From positions 42,340-106,339 of the forward strand of contig JBMNLY010000003.1 of NCBI GenBank assembly GCA_050953045.1: a DNA stretch of 64,000 nucleotides, in the 5' to 3' direction. Both the position numbers and the translations under genes were made by a program. The notes beneath the pieces were generated by a model. The model ran no database searches. It was given only the letters and a program-made list of their open reading frames with translations, and was not told the DNA's origin. This stretch comes from Bacilli bacterium (lineage in GTDB: Bacteria; Bacillota_I; Bacilli_A; ML615J-28; CAG-698). How positions within the stretch are numbered: the stretch's first letter is position 1; each line of letters starts with the position of its first letter. Below, piece by piece: positions 1 to 7,823 of the stretch.

Positions 1-1
1 A

Positions 2-1024
2 GACCCAAACCATGTTGAAGTAAACGGAGAAATCTTGGAAGCAAAAAACCTGATTCTTGCTACCGGTGCTTCTCCGATTGTTCCGCCTATTCCGGGAGTT
101 AAAGAAGCTTACGAAGCAGGTATTATTGTAACCAGCAAGGAATTGCTTTCTTTAGAAAACCTTCCAGAAAAATTAGTCATCATCGGCGGTGGCGTAATCG
201 GCGTTGAGTTTGCGACAATCTTCGGAACCTTCGGTACCCAAGTTACAATCATTGAAAAACTTGACCGAATACTGATGAATGTTGACGATGATGCTAGAAA
301 TTTAATTTTAAAAATTTTAAAAAGAAACAATATTGAAATTATTACCGAAGCGACAGTAACGGCCGTTAACGAAAGTGAAGTTAGTTACGAAAAAGATGGA
401 AAGACAATAAGCGTAAGTGCTCAAAAAATTCTCATGAGCGTCGGCATGCGGCCCAATACAAAAGCCTTTGAGCATCTGAATCTCTCGACCGAACGGGGCG
501 CAATCATAACCAATGAAAGATTGCAAACCAGCATTCCGAACGTCTATGCAATCGGCGACCTAAACGGTAAGATGATGCTTGCTCATGTCGCATCCCACGA
601 AGGAATCGTTGCGGTTGAAAACATCATGGGTAAAAACAGCACTGTTGATTATAGCAAGATGCCTTCCGGTATCTATGGTTTCCCGGAAATTGCCATGGTA
701 GGTTTAACAGAAACTCAAGCCCAAGAACAAGGTTATGATTATCAAGTCGGAAGATTTCCCTTTAGTGCTCTTGGTAAAGCCTTAGCGGACGGAGAGACCG
801 ATGGCTTTGTTAAAATCATAGCTGACAAGAAATACGGTGAAATCATCGGTGTTCATATAGTCGCAGAGAATGCGATGGAAATGATTAGCGAAGGTTCGAT
901 TACGATGGAACTCGAAGGCACAACTAGTGAGATTTCCAATACCGTTCATCCTCATCCTTCACTCTCAGAAGCATTTATGGAAGCCGCAATGGCTGCGTTA
1001 AATAAACCCATTCACACTCTTTAA
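2..1024 (+). CDS. lpdA: Dihydrolipoyl dehydrogenase (E3), C-terminal ~340 aa; 5' end lies outside the window
   Basis: The frame is open from nt 2, so the listed TTG at 35 is internal. It has the NAD Rossmann motif LVIIGGGVIGVEFA, YAIGD, and the C-terminal dimerisation motif HPHPSLSE of pyridine-nucleotide disulfide oxidoreductases. lplA is adjacent. Confidence 0.9.
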   Translation, partial: DPNHVEVNGEILEAKNLILATGASPIVPPIPGVKEAYEAGIIVTSKELLSLENLPEKLVIIGGGVIGVEFATIFGTFGTQVTIIEKLDRILMNVDDDARNLILKILKRNNIEIITEATVTAVNESEVSYEKDGKTISVSAQKILMSVGMRPNTKAFEHLNLSTERGAIITNERLQTSIPNVYAIGDLNGKMMLAHVASHEGIVAVENIMGKNSTVDYSKMPSGIYGFPEIAMVGLTETQAQEQGYDYQVGRFPFSALGKALADGETDGFVKIIADKKYGEIIGVHIVAENAMEMISEGSITMELEGTTSEISNTVHPHPSLSEAFMEAAMAALNKPIHTL

Positions 1025-1027
1025 CAT

Positions 1028-1056
1028 AAAACTTGCCGAACTTCGGCAAGTTTTAT
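1028..1056. terminator. Bidirectional rho-independent terminator between convergent lpdA and lplA
   Basis: Hairpin aaaCTTGCCGAAcTTCGGCAAGtttt, flanked by an A-run and a T-run. Confidence 0.75.
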
Positions 1057-1995
1057 TTATGTAAAGAGAGAAGCAAGTATCCGTTCGCTTATTCCCTCAT
1101 CTATCTTCATATTAGCTAGTGTTTTTTTAATTTCCGCTTCAAAATATCTTTTTCCAAGCAAAGCGTTACGAATAAGTAAATTTAATTTTTCTGGTAACCC
1201 CTTTAACCTTAGCTCAATAATCTTCCCCTCTTTTACAACCACTTCTGCTTCTTCGCTTCTTTTTATAAACTCCGGGGATTCCCCGTAATTCCATTCCCAG
1301 GTTAAATATTTCTCTCTTCTTAGTTTATTGACCGCTGCAATATCTTCTGCTCTCAGTTGAATTAAACTATCATTAAAGGCAATGCTTTCCATGAGTGCTT
1401 GATATAAATCAGAGATCTGAAAATGGTTTGCTGTATATTCCTTTATGTTGGCGGTCGCGCTTGGGTTAGAGCGAACACTTTTGGAAGAAATCTTTGAATT
1501 TCCTGTTAAAAAGAGGTTAAGGTTTTCCAGATTTGTATCAAAAAGCAAAGTTCCGTGATGTAACATCCGCTTCAAATAAAAACTTTGAGCGTTTCCGGAA
1601 ATCTTTTTGGTTCCGATTCTGATATCGCTTTTTCCGTAAAAAGAAGCAGGAATATTAAGTTCTCTTAAAACTTTGATAATCGGCTCCGTAAATTTGCGAT
1701 AATTATTCAAGTTTTCTTTGGAATAGGGGGCCAAAAACGTAAAGTTCAGGTTCCCCAAATCGTGGTAGACTGTTCCCCCTCCGGATATTCTTCTGACAAT
1801 CGGAATTCCCGCTTTTGTAGTTTCCCGCAAATTAATTTCTTCAAAAACATTTTGATTTCTTCCCACAATTATTGAAGGTTCATTCTGCCATAAATAGAAC
1901 AGTTTGTTTTCTTCAAGCGGAAAATATTTTAAAAGATATTCTTCAAAAGCAAGATTGTAATAAGGATCTGTATTATCATTAATAATTGTTTTCAT
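1057..1995 (-). CDS. lplA: Lipoate-protein ligase A
   Basis: LplA/BPL-family motifs are present (RRISGGGTVYHD, GNAQ). I prefer the start at ATG 1995 (MKTIIND) because GGAGAA lies 6 nt upstream. The listed start at 2028 lacks an RBS. Confidence 0.85.
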   Translation of the reverse strand: MKTIINDNTDPYYNLAFEEYLLKYFPLEENKLFYLWQNEPSIIVGRNQNVFEEINLRETTKAGIPIVRRISGGGTVYHDLGNLNFTFLAPYSKENLNNYRKFTEPIIKVLRELNIPASFYGKSDIRIGTKKISGNAQSFYLKRMLHHGTLLFDTNLENLNLFLTGNSKISSKSVRSNPSATANIKEYTANHFQISDLYQALMESIAFNDSLIQLRAEDIAAVNKLRREKYLTWEWNYGESPEFIKRSEEAEVVVKEGKIIELRLKGLPEKLNLLIRNALLGKRYFEAEIKKTLANMKIDEGISERILASLFT

Positions 1996-2118
1996 AATTT
2001 TCTCCTGAGAATAGTTTATTATAAGCAAACTAAAATCGCAAACAATCTGCTTTCTGCCTTGAAATAATTCCGAAAACGATGTATAATAATTAAGGAATAT
2101 CCATAAAGGAGAGATAAG

Positions 2119-2541
2119 ATGAATATTTTATTTATCATGATCCCGAAAGAAAAGGTTGCTTTTATTTATGATAATTATACAATCCGGCAAACATTGGAAA
2201 AAATGGAGTTTCACCGTTATTCGTCAATCCCGATAATTGATAAAGACGGGAAATATGTCGGTACCATGAGTGAAGGCGACTTGCTCTGGTATATTAAAAA
2301 TCACCAGGAACTAGATTTTAAGAAGGCGGAAGAAATTCCGATTACGGAAGTTCCGCGCAAACACGATAACTACGGGATTTATATCGATACTAAAATCGAT
2401 GATTTGATTATCGCTTCCACGCAACAAAACTTCATCCCCGTTCTGGATGACAGGGATACCTTTATCGGTATCGTTACTAGGAAGGACATCATTCAGTATC
2501 TGCTCAAAAAAATCGACCAAAACTTTCTAAACGATACATAA
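2119..2541 (+). CDS. CBS-domain pair protein
   Basis: 140 aa with two CBS-like repeats (PIIDKDGKYVGTMSEGDL; PVLDDRDTFIGIVTRKDI). The RBS is AAAGGAGAG. Confidence 0.75.
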   Translation: MNILFIMIPKEKVAFIYDNYTIRQTLEKMEFHRYSSIPIIDKDGKYVGTMSEGDLLWYIKNHQELDFKKAEEIPITEVPRKHDNYGIYIDTKIDDLIIASTQQNFIPVLDDRDTFIGIVTRKDIIQYLLKKIDQNFLNDT

Positions 2542-2547
2542 ATACAT

Positions 2548-2580
2548 AAATACGGCCGAGAATATCGGTCGTATTTTTTA
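2548..2580. terminator. Hairpin terminator between convergent CBS and MATE genes
   Basis: aaatACGGCCGAgaatatCGGTCGTatttttt; imperfect stem followed by a T-run. Confidence 0.55.
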
Positions 2581-4011
2581 TTCCTTACCAAAGTTATTTA
2601 ATGCAAGTTCATGTAATTTATTGTCTAAGATTTTATTGAATGAAATCTTAAAAGCTATTGCTGTCGTAATAACCGCTAAAATATCCGCCGCCGGTTCCGC
2701 ATAAAACACACCGTCGATTCCGTAATATTTCGGAAAGATGAATGCGAAAGGGACCAGCAAAATAACCTTTCTAAGTAAGGCCAGGAATAGAGAAATCATT
2801 GACTGACGCAAAGCCATAAAGATGTTCTGACAGGCAATTTGGATTCCGAAAATTGAAATACCGAGAAAGAAAATCCTAAATAGCCGTGGAGCTATTTTAA
2901 GTAATTTCGGATTGTCATTAAAGATAATAACAAAAAAATTCGGAAAGAGAAAAATCAAGAGATAAAACCCTAAGGAATAAAAGAAACAAACTTTGATTAA
3001 GAATTTTGCTGCTTTCTTAACTCGGTCCATATTGCCATAACCAAAGTTGTAAGAAATTAGCGGTGCTGCCCCTTGTGCTAAACCAGCCAAGGGAAGCGAA
3101 ATTATCGTCATTACGGATAACATAATTGTTATCAGATTGATATAGATTGTGTAATCTTCTCCTGCATATTTTCCGATTTGGTTATTAAAGACTATTTGGA
3201 CCAAGCTTTCGGTAGCATTCATTATAAAGGGCGAAACTCCGAGAAAGGTAATCGCAAGCACTGTTTTTCGGTTTAAACGAAATTTTCGAAAGCTGAGCCT
3301 AATTAAGGGTTTTTTTCCAGCAAGAAAAACGAGGACAAAAACCGCAGAAACTGCCTGCGAGATAACGGTCGCAAGCGCAGCTCCCGCAACACCCATCTCA
3401 AAGGTATATATGAAAAGAGGATCAAGGACAATGTTTAAGAAAGCTCCGATAGAAACCGTGAGCATCGCCACTTTCGAAAAGCCTTGAGCAGTGATATAAG
3501 CTGTCATACCGATAGAAATCAGCACGAAGACTGTTCCGATGGCATAAATATCCAAGTACTCTTTCGCATATTCCAAAACCGAAGCATCGGCTCCGAACAA
3601 ATACAAAAGTTCAACATCAAAAATTAAAATGACAGCAGTCAAAACAATTCCGATAATAATTAACATTACAAAACTATTCATCATAGTTTGTTGCGCCTTG
3701 TTTTTTTTGCCTTCGCCCATAAGAATGGAAGCAATCGGCGCCCCACCGGTACCGAACAAAGCAGCAAAAGCCGATACAATCATGATTGTAGGAAAAGCGA
3801 TACCGAGCCCTGCAAGAGCTTCATCACCGATTACAGGGATATTACCGACATAGATCCTGTCAACCAAATTATATAAAACATTAATAACCTGACTTATCAC
3901 TAATGGTATTGATAATTTTAAAATCGTTTTTGCTATTTTCCCTTCTCGGAATAATTTTTCGTTATCCAATTTATCATCTTCCTTACTTTTATTTTTAGAC
4001 TGTTTAATCAT
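2578..4011 (-). CDS. MATE-family multidrug/oligosaccharide efflux transporter
   Basis: 477 aa with about 12 hydrophobic segments. The N-terminal pattern (ILKLSIPLVISQVINVLYNLVDRIYVG) is typical of MatE proteins. Confidence 0.8.
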   Translation of the reverse strand: MIKQSKNKSKEDDKLDNEKLFREGKIAKTILKLSIPLVISQVINVLYNLVDRIYVGNIPVIGDEALAGLGIAFPTIMIVSAFAALFGTGGAPIASILMGEGKKNKAQQTMMNSFVMLIIIGIVLTAVILIFDVELLYLFGADASVLEYAKEYLDIYAIGTVFVLISIGMTAYITAQGFSKVAMLTVSIGAFLNIVLDPLFIYTFEMGVAGAALATVISQAVSAVFVLVFLAGKKPLIRLSFRKFRLNRKTVLAITFLGVSPFIMNATESLVQIVFNNQIGKYAGEDYTIYINLITIMLSVMTIISLPLAGLAQGAAPLISYNFGYGNMDRVKKAAKFLIKVCFFYSLGFYLLIFLFPNFFVIIFNDNPKLLKIAPRLFRIFFLGISIFGIQIACQNIFMALRQSMISLFLALLRKVILLVPFAFIFPKYYGIDGVFYAEPAADILAVITTAIAFKISFNKILDNKLHELALNNFGKE

Positions 4012-4069
4012 AATATGTATTTTGTTAGCATTTTACTGAGAGATTCCGATATAATATAAAGGTGTTACT

Positions 4070-4894
4070 ATGTTCGCCAATAAATTGATTCAACCTTTTT
4101 TTGAATATTTCCTTGATAAAGCAATCGATGACTTCATCAATGAGCCAAAGCAAGGCTTAACTCACCTTGAAAAAATCTCACAAGACTTTAATCAGTTGCA
4201 TTTAAAAGATATAATATTAAAACTAAAACAAAACAACTCTCTGCTTACACATCTTCAAAAAATATTAATAAAAACTAATAAAGCGGTAATACGCAGTTTT
4301 ATTTTAAACATCATGCAAGCGATAAACAAAAGGAAAACCGAGATCCTTCATTTCGACTTTAGAAAATCACCTCCGCTTCAGGTAAACCAGATAAAAAATT
4401 TACTTTCAAAAACAGAAAAAATAGCTTATGCCTGTTTTCTATTGAAAGATTATCCAGAACTAGAAGCATTGGTTAAACTACTTCAAAAAGAGCGCGATAC
4501 CATCTTCTTTATTTTCCTTGAACCAAGAGAATTAACCAGCAATGTAATTGAAGCTTTAAGCGAAACAGAAAATATTTCGCTCTTGCTTCAAGCCGATAAT
4601 CTAAACAACTTACATGAAGCAAACAAGCTCATTTCAAAATGCCATTGTTTAAGCGGTGCTTATGTTTTTGTTAACCAAGAAAATTTGAACATCTATCTAA
4701 ATCAAAAATACTTTAAATCTCTGCAAGAAACAGAAATAGCATTTTTAATTTATATCAGAACCGAAAAACTTCCGGACACAATAAAAATTGATTATCTTAA
4801 ATTTCTAAAGGAAAATCGTTTCCGATATTTTCCCGTGTTCGATTTTCACGAAGATCAAAAGTCCCTCATCAATATATTTTTCAAAAAAACTTAG
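4070..4894 (+). CDS. Hypothetical protein (no family recognised)
   Basis: Long ORF with a plausible position after a promoter-like AT-rich gap. I recognise no motif. Confidence 0.5.
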   Translation: MFANKLIQPFFEYFLDKAIDDFINEPKQGLTHLEKISQDFNQLHLKDIILKLKQNNSLLTHLQKILIKTNKAVIRSFILNIMQAINKRKTEILHFDFRKSPPLQVNQIKNLLSKTEKIAYACFLLKDYPELEALVKLLQKERDTIFFIFLEPRELTSNVIEALSETENISLLLQADNLNNLHEANKLISKCHCLSGAYVFVNQENLNIYLNQKYFKSLQETEIAFLIYIRTEKLPDTIKIDYLKFLKENRFRYFPVFDFHEDQKSLINIFFKKT

Positions 4895-5061
4895 TTCTTC
4901 TCTCTTTTGATCATACTATAAGAGATTTTTTATAATAAAAGCCCTTTTATCTAAGGACCTAATTTGCATAAACATATTTAAAGCAAAATTAAAACAGTAT
5001 ATTTATTTTAACATTTTTTTATTGTTTTTTCAACCATTCCCTTACTCCATAAACAGAACCT

Positions 5062-5087
5062 AAAAAAGGACCAGTTCAGGTCCTTTA
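5062..5087 (-). terminator. Rho-independent terminator after the serpin genes
   Basis: On the minus strand, AAAGGACCtgaacTGGTCCTTTTTT overlaps the stop codon. Confidence 0.7.
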
Positions 5088-6350
5088 TTCTGTTTTTGGA
5101 TTTTGTAATAAGCCCATAAAGAGCGGAATTCCGTAAGCATCTTTAATAATGTATATAAAGGGTCGATTCAAGATGAATTGCTGCTCGATAGAAGCCGACT
5201 CTTCAACAGCGATTCCGGTCACAGCAGCAGCTTTTACTCCGGATTCGCTTAGTTCAATTCCGGCATTTTGTTGAACCAGAGAGACAAAAAGTCCTCTGCC
5301 TTTACTCATTAAGTCCAAAGAATTACTTGATGAATCAAATACTTCTTGAACACCGAGATTCTTCAAATTATCATTTAAAATAAACTTTGAGAAATATTTA
5401 AATTTAGGAACCACAATATCTAATTTCAACGTTGATTTATCAGCAGGATTCAAAGCATTTGCTATAACCTCTGCGTTAAGCAAGTCAGAAACATCAATTT
5501 CCGCTTTCGGAAGTATATAAGTTATGCTTGCGTTGTTCTCAAAATAGTCTTCCGCAACCTGATAGTTATCGTATTCTTTATACTTAGAAGTTATGTTATG
5601 AATCATAAATTCTGCTGTAACATTTCCAGAAGAAGCATAAAATTCTCCTTCTCTGGTAGCTTTTTTATCAAAAGATTCTTTCCATTTATTATCAAAATAA
5701 ATCGTGTTTAATAAAAGGATTACTGTACTTGCCGAGACCGGGAATTTATCCTTCGTTAATTCTAAAAAGTCTTCTGTGTAATAATTAATCCAATCAATGA
5801 TGTTTTGATGGCCTTCTGAATCAAAATCGGTCTGATAACTTTCCGCATAATAATCCTTTGCTAGGATATCAAGAAAATCTTTTTCAACCGGATAATTATT
5901 CTTAAACCAAATCGAATTTGCAAGTCTTAAAATCCCTTTATTATTTTTATAGTAGTTGTTTTCATAGACTGTCTTCATCGAAAGCCGATTGGTTTCACGT
6001 TCTAAACCAAGTAAATTCTCTAATTCAAGTTTCGCTTCTTCCTTAGATACACCTTCTAACAACATCGAAAGAGCAATATAGAGACTCAAAGGTGAGTAGA
6101 TATAGTTTTTGTTTTCTTGTTTAAACAATTCCAAAGCTGTATTAATAGTAAAGTTTTTTAATGCTGTAACCGTCTCAGTTGAAATCTCTTTAGGACTTAC
6201 ACTAGATTTGGGATATTTAACCTCATTCAATGTTTGGAACGTTTCTGTTTGTTTGAAGCTAATCGGCTTTACTTGATTGGAGCAACCCGCAAACAGAAAA
6301 ATTCCGAGCACTAGCAGAAGCATAGCAAAAAGTTTTAGGAATCGCTTCAT
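5085..6350 (-). CDS. Serpin-family protease inhibitor, lipoprotein (copy 1)
   Basis: It has the serpin hinge/RCL ESGVKAAAVTGIAVEESASIEQQ followed by NRPFIYIIKD. The signal peptide carries lipobox LFAGC. The RBS is GAGGAGG. Confidence 0.85.
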   Translation of the reverse strand: MKRFLKLFAMLLLVLGIFLFAGCSNQVKPISFKQTETFQTLNEVKYPKSSVSPKEISTETVTALKNFTINTALELFKQENKNYIYSPLSLYIALSMLLEGVSKEEAKLELENLLGLERETNRLSMKTVYENNYYKNNKGILRLANSIWFKNNYPVEKDFLDILAKDYYAESYQTDFDSEGHQNIIDWINYYTEDFLELTKDKFPVSASTVILLLNTIYFDNKWKESFDKKATREGEFYASSGNVTAEFMIHNITSKYKEYDNYQVAEDYFENNASITYILPKAEIDVSDLLNAEVIANALNPADKSTLKLDIVVPKFKYFSKFILNDNLKNLGVQEVFDSSSNSLDLMSKGRGLFVSLVQQNAGIELSESGVKAAAVTGIAVEESASIEQQFILNRPFIYIIKDAYGIPLFMGLLQNPKTE

Positions 6351-6421
6351 TATTTACCTCCTCATAATTTATAACGTTTGAACCCTGTTTTTATTTTGAT
6401 TATGTGTTTTTTAAAAATGGT

Positions 6422-7684
6422 TTATTCTACCGGGGTTTGGAGTATGCCGATAAAAAGCGGTATTCCGAAAGCGTCTTTAATTATATAAAGAAAGGGACGA
6501 TTCAGAATTATTTGCAACTCCTCTTCAAGGGCTGATGTAGTTACGGCGATTCCGGACACAGCAGCAGCTTTTACGCCTGCTTCGCTTAATTGAATTCCTG
6601 CCTTTTGTTTAACTTCAGAAACAAAGAGTCCGCCATCTTTACTCATTAACTCTAGAGAATTGCTTGTAGGCTTAAAGACTTCCCGTACTCCTAAACTATT
6701 CAAGGGTTGATTTAAAGCAAAATTGGAATAGTATTTAAATTTCGGTACCGTTAGACTGATTTTTTTAATTGTTTTATCGGTAGAATTTAAGGCATTAGTA
6801 AAAACTTCTTCGTTAAGCAGATCAAGAACGTTAATTCCTTTATTCGGAAAGATATAAGTTATGCTTGCATTGTTTTCAAAATAGTCTTCCACAACCTGAT
6901 ATTTATCATATGCTTTATGCTTGGAACCAATACTATGAGTCATAAACTCAGTTTTCACTTTTCCGGAAGAAGCATAGAAATCATTTTCTATTGTAAACTC
7001 TTTATCAAAAGATGTTTTCCATTTGTTTTCAAAATAAACAGTATTTAATAAAAGGATGATTGTGCTTTCCGATACTGGGAATTTATCCTTAGTTAATTCT
7101 AAAAAGTTTTCCGTATAATAGTTAATCCAATCAATGATATTTTGATGACCTTCGGAATCAAAATCGGTCTGATAACTTTCCGCATAAAAATAATCCGCTA
7201 ATACCTGGAGATATTCTTGGTCAATCGGAAAGTTATTTTTAAACCAAATCGAGTTCGCCAGTCGTAAAATCCCATTTTCGTTTTTGTAGAAGTTGTTTTC
7301 ATAGACTGTCTTCATTGAAAGCCGATTGGTTTCGCGTTCTAAACCTAAAATGTTTTCCAGTTCCAGTTTCGCATCATTTTTAGACACACCTTCCAACAAC
7401 ATCGAAAGCGCAAAATATAAACTTAAAGGAGAATAGATATAATTCTTCTCTTCAGAAAAAAGTTCCTTACTTGTTTGAAAGGAAAAATTTCTTAATGCAG
7501 TAATCATCTCAGAAGAAACTTCTTCTGTTTTAGCTTCTCCATCAGGATATTCAACTTCCATTAAAGTTTTAAATGTCTCTGTTTGTTGGAAATCAATTTG
7601 TTTTGTTTTGTCGGAACAACCTGCCAGTAAAAAGATTCCGACTGTCAGTAAAAACATTGTTATAAGTTTAAGGAATAGCTTCAT
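6422..7684 (-). CDS. Serpin-family protease inhibitor, lipoprotein (copy 2, tandem paralog)
   Basis: It shares its architecture with copy 1 (hinge EAGVKAAAVSGIAVTTSALEEELQ, NRPFLYIIKD, lipobox LLAGC). I place the start at ATG 7684, preceded by GAGGAGG. The listed ATG at 7699 is part of that RBS. Confidence 0.85.
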   Translation of the reverse strand: MKLFLKLITMFLLTVGIFLLAGCSDKTKQIDFQQTETFKTLMEVEYPDGEAKTEEVSSEMITALRNFSFQTSKELFSEEKNYIYSPLSLYFALSMLLEGVSKNDAKLELENILGLERETNRLSMKTVYENNFYKNENGILRLANSIWFKNNFPIDQEYLQVLADYFYAESYQTDFDSEGHQNIIDWINYYTENFLELTKDKFPVSESTIILLLNTVYFENKWKTSFDKEFTIENDFYASSGKVKTEFMTHSIGSKHKAYDKYQVVEDYFENNASITYIFPNKGINVLDLLNEEVFTNALNSTDKTIKKISLTVPKFKYYSNFALNQPLNSLGVREVFKPTSNSLELMSKDGGLFVSEVKQKAGIQLSEAGVKAAAVSGIAVTTSALEEELQIILNRPFLYIIKDAFGIPLFIGILQTPVE

Positions 7685-7823
7685 AATATACCTCCTCATC
7701 TATTATAACGTTTGAAACTACACTTTTATTTGAATATATTTTATCTTTTTTTTTTATTAAAATTTACACTTATTATTTACATATTTCTTCTACTTTATTT
7801 TAAAACAAGGGCTTTTGATTAAA

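Noticed and set aside
109-526. Antisense ORFs 109-330 and 317-526 inside lpdA. The same applies to 2311-2520, 3629-3876, 9836-10048, 11322-11513, 12311-12565, 13586-13895, 14773-14967, 21404-21622, 23018-23392, 24854-25105, 26390-26608, 28516-28710, 30398-31014, 31618-32001, 33246-34010, 35739-36880, 41847-44816, 45088-45300, 49415-49702, 52440-52661, 53460-54084, 54916-55104, 55710-55901, 57254-57696, 60265-61253 and 62045-62281.
   Set aside because: All lie within, or opposite to, longer ORFs that carry clear family motifs. They have low-complexity or odd compositions and no RBS, so I treat them as shadow ORFs.
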